Source: an uncultured virus (IMG/VR IMGVR_UViG_3300049733_000582) (taxonomy: Duplodnaviria > Heunggongvirae > Uroviricota > Caudoviricetes). From it: a stretch of DNA of 64,000 nucleotides. Below, in pieces: positions 47,960 to 56,940 of the stretch. Each line of letters opens with the position of its first letter. Position 1 is the first letter of the stretch. The notes under the pieces were generated by a model. The model saw only the letters and a program-made list of their open reading frames with translations, searched no databases and was not told the DNA's origin. Location: IMG/VR virus record IMGVR_UViG_3300049733_000582, one strand, 5' to 3'. The position numbers and the translations under genes are program-made.

Positions 47960-49538
47960 CGGGATCCTGGGGCTGGGAGACGCTCGGACCAGTCGCACCG
48001 TCGGGTTCATCGCCAATCGGATCCTCGGGATTGGGGCCGCGGCCGCCATCATCGGACGCTCGATCGAGGCGGCGCGGAGGTCGGGGCTCGATCCCCAGAC
48101 CTTCCAGAAGCTGGACGCGGCGACCGACCGGTTCAACACGAACCTCGGGAAGATGGGGATCCTGTTCGCCCGGATCAAGACCGGCGCGCTTCAGGCCCAC
48201 GATGCACTCGCGAGTTTCGTCGAGACCACTTCCCAGGCGGGCAACGACCGCCGGTTCCTCGAGCGGTTCAACCAGCTCCTGAACCTCCGCGGCCGGGAAT
48301 CGGTCCTCCGTCGTCAGATCGAGCTGGGCGAACCGATCGGCGACGCTGGAATCCGCGGCGAGAAGCAGGAGCTCAAGCGCCAGACCGAGGAGATCCTCAA
48401 GCAGCTCGACATCAACGAGCGGGACCTGAAGGTCGCGCGCGAGAAGCACGCGGTCCGGAAGGAGATGCTCGAGTTCACCGAGAACGAGCTGAAGCTCATG
48501 GCCCAGGAGGGGGCCGAGCAGTTCGAGATCATCGGGCAGCAGAAGGAGCGGGAGGCGCGCGCCCTTGAGGAAGAGAAAGCGATCAAGCGGGTGATCGATC
48601 TCGAGGAGCAGAGGGTCGCGCTCCTGACTCGGAGGGACGATCTGCTCCAGGCGGTCCTCGAGAAGATTCGGAAAGAGAACGAAATCAAGGAGCGGAAGGC
48701 CAAGGACGAGCGTGCCCAGGAGGAGGGACTCCGCCGGCTGATCCAGCTCCAGGAAGACGCGGCCCGCGAAGAGGCGAAACTGGCGGAGGACCGCCGGCGC
48801 GCATTCACATTCGAGGGCGGGGTCGGGACCGCTCTGGACGAGGCGACGGAGCGCGCCCAGCGCCTTGGAGACGTCGGCCACGACGCTGCAGGCCGGATCA
48901 TCGAAGGCTTCGCGGAGGTCGGGCCGGTGATCCTGGATGCCCTGACCACGGGGGAAAACGCGGGCAAGGCGCTCCTCCGCCTCCTGGGAACCATCGTGCA
49001 GGACCTAGCCGTCCTGTTCCTTCGCTTGGCAGCGCTCCGCCTCGTGGGAGGCGCGACGGTTGGCTTCGGCGGGCTGGCCGGGAGCTTCCTGGCCGGGAAC
49101 CGCGGGGGTCGCGTTCGGCGGTTCAACGCGGGCGGTCCGGTTGATGGGTCGGGGCCAAACATGGACAGCATCCCGGCGCTGCTCGCGCCAAACGAGCACG
49201 TGATCCAGAGCCCATCCGTGGACTTCTACGGGGGGCATGGGGTCATGGAGCTCATCAATCGGAGGCTCCTCCCGCGCGGGTTTTTCGACGGAGTCCGACC
49301 GGCGGCCTCCATCACGGACGTCTCGCGCCGGCGCTTCGCGACCGGTGGTGCGGTCGGCGGTAGCGCGTCGGTGGGCGCGGACGTGTCGGCGCCGGGGCGG
49401 GCCTTCGTGCTGCCGGACGAGCAGTCCGTCTACCGGATGCTGGCCGCGGGTCGGGCGGGGTTCCTCCGGTTCTACCGGGAGAACGCCCACGTGCTCGCCA
49501 CGACCAATGAGCGCCGACCGGGCCGGAGGGCGCCCTGA
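47886..49538 (+). CDS. tail tape measure protein (short)
   Basis: Long helical region; FNAGGPVDG...DSIPALL...EHVI and FATGG C-terminal motifs. Confidence 0.8.
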   Translation: MPEQTVSLLALLTDRVTPGLQKIRSGILGLGDARTSRTVGFIANRILGIGAAAAIIGRSIEAARRSGLDPQTFQKLDAATDRFNTNLGKMGILFARIKTGALQAHDALASFVETTSQAGNDRRFLERFNQLLNLRGRESVLRRQIELGEPIGDAGIRGEKQELKRQTEEILKQLDINERDLKVAREKHAVRKEMLEFTENELKLMAQEGAEQFEIIGQQKEREARALEEEKAIKRVIDLEEQRVALLTRRDDLLQAVLEKIRKENEIKERKAKDERAQEEGLRRLIQLQEDAAREEAKLAEDRRRAFTFEGGVGTALDEATERAQRLGDVGHDAAGRIIEGFAEVGPVILDALTTGENAGKALLRLLGTIVQDLAVLFLRLAALRLVGGATVGFGGLAGSFLAGNRGGRVRRFNAGGPVDGSGPNMDSIPALLAPNEHVIQSPSVDFYGGHGVMELINRRLLPRGFFDGVRPAASITDVSRRRFATGGAVGGSASVGADVSAPGRAFVLPDEQSVYRMLAAGRAGFLRFYRENAHVLATTNERRPGRRAP

Positions 49539-50575
49539 TGCTCCTCTGGTTGGAGGGCTTCGAGGTGAGCCGACACCAGGCTCACTTCACGGACCGATAC
49601 GCGCCGGCGAGCTTCTCGAACACGCCTAGCTTCCCGGCGGGCCGCATCTTCGGGAACGCGCTCCAGGCCCCGAGCGGTGCGGGCGTCACGCTCCGAACGC
49701 CGGTCCTCCCTGCGGGGACCTTCTGGGTCCTGGGCGCGATGTTCCACATGGACGGGCCGGACGACGAGAAGGACCTCTTCGCGATCCTGACCGGGACGAC
49801 CGAGCAGCTCGCGCTCCGGGTCCGGGCCTTCGGGGCCAACGACTGGCGCCTCGACGTGGTCCGCGGCTCCGAGGTGCTCGCCACGACCGAGGTCTTCCCG
49901 GCGGACGGGTGGAAGCTGATCGAGCTGAAGGCCCGGATCGACCCCTCGAGCGGGTTCTTCGAGGTGCGGGTGGACGAGCGGGTCGTGATCCAGGTGGCCG
50001 GAATCAACACCGCAAACGCGGGGACCGCGCACGCGGACCGGATCGAGTTCGGGGTCGCGGTGGACGGCGCCGGCGCCCACGCGCGGATCGACGACGTCTA
50101 CATCCTGGACGCCACGGGCATTCACAAGGACTACTTGGGCGAGGTCTACGTCGAGGGGCTCCTGCCGGTCGCCGACGGTGCGCTCACGGAATGGAGCGCC
50201 ACGCCGGGCCCGGCGCACGCGGTCCAAGTGGACGATCCTGCCACCGCGGCCTCGGACGACGACACCACGTACGTCCGGAAGACGGCGTCGGGCCAGCGGG
50301 AGCTCTTCCAGTTCGGGCGCCTCTCCCAGCTCGGCGGCGAGATCGTCGGAGTCGCGGTGATCGCGCGGGGCCGCTGCGAGGGGGCCGGCTCCTCGAGGTC
50401 GGTCTTCACGGTCCGGGACCGGAGCGGCGCGCTCCGGGAGGGAGCGGACCTCGTCTTCTCCTCGACCTCCTACGCGGACAAGGAGGCGATCCACGAGCCG
50501 AGCAACGCGCGCCCCCGGCGCTGGACGCTCCACGAGCTGAACGAGATCCAGATGGGTCTGAGGAGCGAAACCTGA
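49538..50575 (+). CDS. tail-associated protein (lectin-like beta sandwich)
   Basis: LLWLEGFE start; W.LIE...EVRVD...IDDVYI. Confidence 0.65.
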   Translation: MLLWLEGFEVSRHQAHFTDRYAPASFSNTPSFPAGRIFGNALQAPSGAGVTLRTPVLPAGTFWVLGAMFHMDGPDDEKDLFAILTGTTEQLALRVRAFGANDWRLDVVRGSEVLATTEVFPADGWKLIELKARIDPSSGFFEVRVDERVVIQVAGINTANAGTAHADRIEFGVAVDGAGAHARIDDVYILDATGIHKDYLGEVYVEGLLPVADGALTEWSATPGPAHAVQVDDPATAASDDDTTYVRKTASGQRELFQFGRLSQLGGEIVGVAVIARGRCEGAGSSRSVFTVRDRSGALREGADLVFSSTSYADKEAIHEPSNARPRRWTLHELNEIQMGLRSET

Positions 50576-51592
50576 GTGGGCTCGGGTTCGGTCATCATCC
50601 GCCCGAACGCGGACATCGCCTTCGCCCCGAGCGGGACGACCGGGGTCTGGACGCCGATCCCAGCGGGGGCGCATTGGTCCACGATCGACGACGCGGTCAT
50701 CTTCCCGGCGACCCCGAGCACCGCGGATGTCATCACGGCCGCGGCCAACGGGCGCTACGACCGCGTCGGCTTCACCGCCCATGGTCTGAGCCCGAACCCC
50801 GCTCGGCGGTGGAAGAGCTACACGCTCTGGCTCTACGCGCGCAGGACCTCCGCGGTGCCCAACACGAGCACGTTGATCCTCGAGGCCTTCTGCCCGGGGA
50901 GCGCGCCCGTCGTGCCTGGGGTGAGTCGCGGCGTTGGGGTCGGCGGCAAAGTGTTCTCGGGCGTGGACGCCTTGCCGACCAGCTTCGCCTGGGTCTCGAT
51001 GCAGTTCACCGGATTCACGAAGTCCGACGCCGACGTGGACGACTTCGAGTGCAGCTTCCGCTACAGCCAGACGCCCGGAAGCATCGTCATCGCCGCCGCC
51101 TATGCGGAATGGCTCTACGAGGAGGGCCCGAGCGCTATGGTCACGAATAGGGGCAAGAAGCTCCTGATGGACTGGGGCTTCCGGAACGCGACCGAGCCCG
51201 CCAATTTCTTCCTGGCGCTCGTCACCAGCGCGGTCGCGCCCACGCCAGATACCAACGTCTTCAGCGAGCTCACCGAGATCGCCGCGGGCAACGGCTACGT
51301 GAGCGGCGGCCAATCGGTCGCCCGGAACAGCACGGACTTCGATGTCCTCACCGAGGACGACACGAACGATCTCGCCCAGCTTCAGCTCAAGGACTTTGAC
51401 TGGACCGCCTCGGGCGGGAGCATCCCGGCCTCCGGCGCCGGCGCCCGCTACGCGGTCCTCCTGACCGACGAGGGAACCGTCGGGAATCGTCAGGTGGTTG
51501 CCGCCTGGGATCTCCAGAGCGACCGGACCGCGTCCAATGGGCAGGTACTGCGCCTGCAGAACACCGAGATTCGGGCCGAGGAGGCCGCATAA
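50576..51592 (+). CDS. two-domain tail-associated protein
   Basis: C-terminal domain VTNRGK...FFLAL...EIAAGNGY..GG...WTASGGSI. Confidence 0.6.
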   Translation: MGSGSVIIRPNADIAFAPSGTTGVWTPIPAGAHWSTIDDAVIFPATPSTADVITAAANGRYDRVGFTAHGLSPNPARRWKSYTLWLYARRTSAVPNTSTLILEAFCPGSAPVVPGVSRGVGVGGKVFSGVDALPTSFAWVSMQFTGFTKSDADVDDFECSFRYSQTPGSIVIAAAYAEWLYEEGPSAMVTNRGKKLLMDWGFRNATEPANFFLALVTSAVAPTPDTNVFSELTEIAAGNGYVSGGQSVARNSTDFDVLTEDDTNDLAQLQLKDFDWTASGGSIPASGAGARYAVLLTDEGTVGNRQVVAAWDLQSDRTASNGQVLRLQNTEIRAEEAA

Positions 51593-51605
51593 GGAGGGCA
51601 TACTT

Positions 51606-51950
51606 ATGCCACTCACGCTTCCGCAGATCCACACCTACGCGCGCGACAGCGTGTTCCTCAACCGCGTCGAGGCGGCGATCGTCAACAAGGCGGCCGCGGT
51701 CCTGACCGAGGTCAATCCGAACGCCCCGAACCCCGAGCCGGAGGACTTCAAGTACCGGAAGGATTTCGCTGCGGCGATCGTCGCCAACCCTCCCGCCTAT
51801 GCGCAGCGGTTCGCCTATACGCTCTTGGCGGTGGTGACCGGACAGATCGACCCACCCAACACGGACGACGCGACGATCCAGACCCGGGTCAACCAGCACT
51901 ACGACAACCACGCGCGCGCCGAGAGCCGACGCCAGCGCACCGGAGCCTGA
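51606..51950 (+). CDS. phage hypothetical protein
   Basis: AAGGAGG RBS; F..RV.AA...DATIQ..V pattern. Confidence 0.6.
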   Translation: MPLTLPQIHTYARDSVFLNRVEAAIVNKAAAVLTEVNPNAPNPEPEDFKYRKDFAAAIVANPPAYAQRFAYTLLAVVTGQIDPPNTDDATIQTRVNQHYDNHARAESRRQRTGA

Positions 51951-51956
51951 TCTCCC

Positions 51957-52415
51957 ATGCCGAGCGAGATTCGGACCAAGCTCGATTCGCGAGCGACCTT
52001 CACGATCACGCTGGCCTCGCTAGCGAATGCGGCCGCACGCCAGAGCGACATGATCTCCAACACGAACCTGCGACCTGCGGCGCTGGTCCACCTGAAGATC
52101 ACGAGCGGCGGCGCCGCACCAACCGCGGGGACGGTCTACGAGGTCTATCTGCTACGGGGGGATGGAACCATCCGGGATGATGGGGCGGGCGCGAGCGACG
52201 CGGCGATCACAATCGAGAACGCCATGCTGCTCGGAACCATCGTCGTGACCGCGAACACCGCCAAGGCCTTCTACGGAGTGTTCGACACGGCCCCGCTCGG
52301 ACCGCTCGGACTGAGCTGGGGGATCGCCGTCAAGAACAGTTCCGGCCAGGCCCTCTCTTCGACCGAGGGGGACCACGTGAAGGGCTACACGTACTACGTT
52401 CCCGAAATCCAGTAG
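51957..52415 (+). CDS. phage structural (jelly-roll-like) protein
   Basis: ITLASLAN...VKNSSGQAL pattern. Confidence 0.6.
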   Translation: MPSEIRTKLDSRATFTITLASLANAAARQSDMISNTNLRPAALVHLKITSGGAAPTAGTVYEVYLLRGDGTIRDDGAGASDAAITIENAMLLGTIVVTANTAKAFYGVFDTAPLGPLGLSWGIAVKNSSGQALSSTEGDHVKGYTYYVPEIQ

Positions 52416-52424
52416 CGGCCGCCG

Positions 52425-55400
52425 ATGTTCCGACCGTCCTTTCGCCACGTCGAGCTCAACCGCAGCCACCCGCTGGCCCGCGGGCTCAAAGGTGCGTGGA
52501 CGCTTCACGACCTGGCGAACGTCAGCAGCAGCCCCGTCGCGCGCAACCTGGTCTCGCGCGACGGCTACAACCACGCGACGCTAGGCCTGTCGGTCAATCA
52601 CGGGAACGGCGTCCCGCTCTTCCGGGCGCCCTCGGACCGCTCCTACCACTTCGAGGACCAGTCCGGCGACGACGCCCGAGGCTCCATGCGGGTCGTCTCG
52701 CCCCAGGGGATGGACGTGGAGCGCCTGACCTACGCCTTCTGGCTGAAACCCCTCTCGGCCACGGGTTCCTCGATCTTCGCCGGCCGCTACCCGACCGCCT
52801 TCTTCCTCTACACCGCGAGTACAAACAAGCTCACCTTCGCCGACCTCTGGCGCGGCCTGGAGCCAGGCGAGCATGGGACCGCGCTGACGCTCGGCAAGTG
52901 GCACTTCGTCGTCGGCGTCACTGCCCCCGAGCGGTCCACGATCTGGATCAACGGCATCCGCGGACCCGTCGGCACGACCAACGCCGCGAACGTCTGGGGG
53001 CCCGAGCCGCTGCTGATGGGCTACAACATCATCGGGGATTACCTGGACGGTGAAATCGCCCTGTTCATGGCCTGGAACCGAGCGCTCAACGACAAGGAGT
53101 GCCTGGACCTCTACGCGGAGCAGTGGCGGCGCACCCTCTTCCGCCGCCTGCCGAAGGAATCCATCCCGTCGATCTTCTACTTCAACCCGAGTCGGTTCGC
53201 GCTCCGCACAGTAGACCCCACGGTGCAGCTCATCACTCCGGGCGGGATCACGCCCGACGTCGCCCGCTTCCGGCTCCGTGCGGTCGATCCCGCAGTCCAG
53301 ACCGGCGTGCTGGTCGTCACCCCGACCCCCACTATCTTCGTGCTCGACACTGCCGACCCGACGGTGTCGATCGACACGCTGGGCCCGAACGCCCGCGTGA
53401 CCCGGCTGGCGATCGAGGTCGCCGCCCGCCGCCTCGCCCTGGTGCGGCCGCTCACGCTCCCCTCGGTCCATCCCGCGCTGCTCCTCCACAACTGGAACCA
53501 GCCGGTCCAGATCACGACGACCTACCTGACCGACGTGGTGGACTCCTCGGCCACGGTCAGCGAGGAGCGCCGCGGGCTCCTCGGGCGCCCCTTCCGCACC
53601 GTAACCGCCGAGCTCAGCGGGCTCTCCCGAGCGGCCGCCGCGAAGCTCCTGCTCGGGCTCGCGCGCCGGGGCGCGGCGCGCTCCCTCTTCCCGCTCTACA
53701 GCGACTTCTCTCGGATCACGGCCTCCAGCTCAGGGACGACGGTCCTATGCGACACCCGCTGGCGCCGGTTCTTCGTCGGGCAGCGGGTCGCGGTCTGCCT
53801 GATGACCACGGGCGGGGTCTCCTCCCACGAGGTCCGCCAGGTCCTGTCGCGCGCCGACGACCGACTCGAGCTGACCTCGGGGCTCGCGGGCACGTACCCA
53901 GCGGGCTCCAGGGTCTACCCGCTGATCGACGCCGAGCTCAGCCTGGACGCCGCGCAGGGCACGGTGACCGATGAGGTGGCGAGCGCGAACTTCACGGCGA
54001 CCGAGGTCGCCGGCCCCTCGTCGCTCCCCCAGACCACCTGGGACACGCCCCACGAGCTCACGACGCGGAACGGGATCCCGATCCTGGACCTCGCCCTGGA
54101 CTGGGGCGGGGAGATCGAGAGTCGGATCGTCCGGTCCGGGACGCTCTACGCGCGCGGTCGCTCGGAGGTGGTCTTCGCCCGCGGCGCGCGCCCCCAGCTC
54201 GAGCACGAGCTCCGGTTCACCGAGCTCACGCGGGAGCGGCTCTGGCTGCTACTCCGGCTCTTCGACTCGCTGCGCGGGCGCCAGCTCACGTTCTATGCTC
54301 TCACCCCTCAGACCCTGTTCAAGTTCTCCGCGGTCTCCGGGACCAGCCTCGACGTCCTCCCGGACCCAGGGAACCTGGCCGACGTGACGAGCTTCCTGGA
54401 CCACGTGGTCGTCCGGCAGCGGAACGGCACGATCCTGCTCCGGAAGATCCTCTCCGTCGTGGACATGACCACGTTCTGGCGGGTGACCGTGGACGAGGCG
54501 CTTCCGACTCTCGTGGCGGCGGATGTGCGCGCGGTCACGGGCGCGCACCTCGTCCGCCTGACCGAAGACGGGATGACCGAGGAGTGGATCACCGACGAGG
54601 CGTGCTCGGTCACGCTGCCGGCGCGCGACGTCCTCGAGGAGAAGGACGTCGTGATCGTCAACCTCGCACCTCAAAAGCCCGCCCCGGTGCCGCAGCGGAT
54701 CAACGACCTCTACCTCTGGCTCGACGCGGGGAGCCGGAACCTCTGGGCCTACCAGAATCAGACGGCGCCGCTCGGCTTCGAGCGGGACCATCGGCCGGCC
54801 CTCCTGGACCCAGGCCTCAGCGGGGACAAGATCTCCCACTGGGAAGACGCGCGCCTCATCGACCCGACCGAGGCGCCCCAGGCGCGCCTGGATGCGACCG
54901 CGAACGCCGCGCTCCCGCACGCGCTGCCGCGGCTCTACCGGGACCGCTCGCCCAGCTTCGCGAACGGCCGGAAGGTCGTGACGGTTGCGGACGCGGCCGA
55001 GCTCGGGCTCTGGCGCCTGAAGCCGAGTGGGCCGGACTTCTTCAGCAACCAGAAGGGCCTGACCATCTTTGCCGTCCTCCGGAAGAACGCCTTCACGCCT
55101 CCGGGCGCGACGCCGAATGTCAACTCGGCGGAAGGGACGGGCATCCTCTACCGCGCCGGCGTCATCTACCTTTGGACCAACCACGCGCGCCTGTACGAGA
55201 CGCTGGGCGGCGGCGCCCAGGACATCACCTACCCCACGATCGACGACAAGGGGTTCCTGATCTACGTTCTGACCTGGAAGCCGGCGACCTACGGGAAGGT
55301 CTGGTTCAACGGCGGGACGCCCAAGGGGACCCTGAGCTCGCAGATCAACGACCTGCCGACCGACACGGTTGCGGACGGGACGCGAATCCTGAACCTGAAG

Positions 55401-55553
55401 GGGGATACCTCGCCGAACCCGACCGACTGGCACCTCCGCCAGGCCTTCGCGTCGCTGCTCATCTACCGGCGGGCGCTGAACGACACCGAGATCAACACGA
55501 TCGGCGCGCACCTCGGGAAGGCGCACGGCCTGCCCTGGAGCCCGCTCGCATGA
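52425..55553 (+). CDS. large tail protein: LamG - distal-tail-like core - LamG
   Basis: N-terminal HPLARGL...WHFVVG...GEIA...WNRAL; central HNW...EERR.L..RP.R, LRGRQ..FY; C-terminal LYLWLDA...YRRAL. Confidence 0.75.
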   Translation: MFRPSFRHVELNRSHPLARGLKGAWTLHDLANVSSSPVARNLVSRDGYNHATLGLSVNHGNGVPLFRAPSDRSYHFEDQSGDDARGSMRVVSPQGMDVERLTYAFWLKPLSATGSSIFAGRYPTAFFLYTASTNKLTFADLWRGLEPGEHGTALTLGKWHFVVGVTAPERSTIWINGIRGPVGTTNAANVWGPEPLLMGYNIIGDYLDGEIALFMAWNRALNDKECLDLYAEQWRRTLFRRLPKESIPSIFYFNPSRFALRTVDPTVQLITPGGITPDVARFRLRAVDPAVQTGVLVVTPTPTIFVLDTADPTVSIDTLGPNARVTRLAIEVAARRLALVRPLTLPSVHPALLLHNWNQPVQITTTYLTDVVDSSATVSEERRGLLGRPFRTVTAELSGLSRAAAAKLLLGLARRGAARSLFPLYSDFSRITASSSGTTVLCDTRWRRFFVGQRVAVCLMTTGGVSSHEVRQVLSRADDRLELTSGLAGTYPAGSRVYPLIDAELSLDAAQGTVTDEVASANFTATEVAGPSSLPQTTWDTPHELTTRNGIPILDLALDWGGEIESRIVRSGTLYARGRSEVVFARGARPQLEHELRFTELTRERLWLLLRLFDSLRGRQLTFYALTPQTLFKFSAVSGTSLDVLPDPGNLADVTSFLDHVVVRQRNGTILLRKILSVVDMTTFWRVTVDEALPTLVAADVRAVTGAHLVRLTEDGMTEEWITDEACSVTLPARDVLEEKDVVIVNLAPQKPAPVPQRINDLYLWLDAGSRNLWAYQNQTAPLGFERDHRPALLDPGLSGDKISHWEDARLIDPTEAPQARLDATANAALPHALPRLYRDRSPSFANGRKVVTVADAAELGLWRLKPSGPDFFSNQKGLTIFAVLRKNAFTPPGATPNVNSAEGTGILYRAGVIYLWTNHARLYETLGGGAQDITYPTIDDKGFLIYVLTWKPATYGKVWFNGGTPKGTLSSQINDLPTDTVADGTRILNLKGDTSPNPTDWHLRQAFASLLIYRRALNDTEINTIGAHLGKAHGLPWSPLA

Positions 55554-56392
55554 CGCAGCAGCTCGAGAGCCCGCAGAAGAACACGTACTGCCTCGTGCAG
55601 TTCCGCTACGGCGACCCGAACGACCCGATCTATGCGCTCTACACCGACTGGACCGAGGACACGTTGGGCCCGCAAGGGACTTACCTATCGGTTCCGACGA
55701 TGGAGGTGAAGCTCCCGCCCATGACCTCGGGCATCGTGGAGGGGGACGAACCGCTCGAGATTCTGCTCCCGGTAGACGCCTTCACGACCCCGCTCGCCTC
55801 GGGCATGCCCCACTCGCCGGTGGAGGTGACCGTCTGGGAGCGGGTGGACCCACGGACCGAGCGCGCGGCTGCGACCCACACGCTCTTCGTCGGGCGGGTG
55901 CACCGGACGCGCCGGAATCACGAGGGGCGCACGGACACCATCGTCGTCCAGGCCCAGAACTTGAAAGCGCAGCTGGAGAAGGCCCTCGGCTTGCCGGCGA
56001 CCTACCACTGCATCTGGACCTTCGGCGGGCGCGGCTGCGGGATCGATCTCGGGCCGCTCCGGAAGACCGGGACGCTCGACTCCGCGAAGGGGAAGGTCGC
56101 GCAGATCACGGGTCTGCCGCCGCAGGCGGACCCGCGGTACTGGCACCGGGGCTACGTGGAGCGCCTCGGGCTCCGGCTCCTCATCCGGGACTGGGACGGG
56201 GACGCCTCACCTGGTTCCTTCCGCCTGGTCCGGGAGCCGCCCAGTTCATGGGTCGGCCAGACGGTGACGCTGACGCCCGGCTGCGACAAGACGATCGAGG
56301 TCTGCCGCGCGCGCTGGAACCGGGAGGAGGTCTTCGCCGGCATCGGCTACGCGCTGCCCCCGTACAACCCCGTGATCGAGAGCCCCACGTGA
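55550..56392 (+). CDS. DUF2163/BR0599-family baseplate hub protein
   Basis: YTD, LF.G.V, C.WTFGGRGCG, PGCDKT..C..RWN...F.G. Confidence 0.85.
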   Translation: MTQQLESPQKNTYCLVQFRYGDPNDPIYALYTDWTEDTLGPQGTYLSVPTMEVKLPPMTSGIVEGDEPLEILLPVDAFTTPLASGMPHSPVEVTVWERVDPRTERAAATHTLFVGRVHRTRRNHEGRTDTIVVQAQNLKAQLEKALGLPATYHCIWTFGGRGCGIDLGPLRKTGTLDSAKGKVAQITGLPPQADPRYWHRGYVERLGLRLLIRDWDGDASPGSFRLVREPPSSWVGQTVTLTPGCDKTIEVCRARWNREEVFAGIGYALPPYNPVIESPT

Positions 56393-56940
56393 TCCAGAGC
56401 TTCAAGATGCAGCTCCGCTGGCGGCTCCCGACCTGGGACGCGGAGTGGCGAGGTGACTGGGCCCGGGAGGTCGCCGAGCACGTCGAGGAGGTCTTGAGCG
56501 CCTGGCTGGGGACTCCCTACGCTTCCGGCCAGCAGGTCCGCGGGGGCGGGGTGGACTGCATACGCTTCGTGCTCGCCGCCTTGGACGAGCTCTACGGCTT
56601 CCCCCGGGACTGGCAGGGGGTCGAGGTGCCGAGCGACATCGCCTTCCACAACCGGGAGCGGGCGATGGCGAGCATGAAGGCCATCCTCGCCGCGTACGAG
56701 CCGTGCGAGCTGGTCGCCAACGGCTTCCTCGAGCCTGGCGACGTAATCGCCATCGGGCCGGAAAACGGTGGGCCGGGGCACGTGCTGATCGCGGGCGGCT
56801 GTGGGAACCTCACCCCGGGGAAGCTCTACCACGCGACCCCGCCAGCGGTGGAGACCGCGGGCACGGTCACCCTGACCGGGATGCCCCGCATCTTCGGCAT
56901 CATGCGGGTCAAGAACAAGTTCCGCTGGAGACGCTCGTGA
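56389..56940 (+). CDS. NlpC/P60-family tail peptidase
   Basis: WLGTPY...GVDC, PGDV, GH, H. Confidence 0.85.
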   Translation: MIQSFKMQLRWRLPTWDAEWRGDWAREVAEHVEEVLSAWLGTPYASGQQVRGGGVDCIRFVLAALDELYGFPRDWQGVEVPSDIAFHNRERAMASMKAILAAYEPCELVANGFLEPGDVIAIGPENGGPGHVLIAGGCGNLTPGKLYHATPPAVETAGTVTLTGMPRIFGIMRVKNKFRWRRS

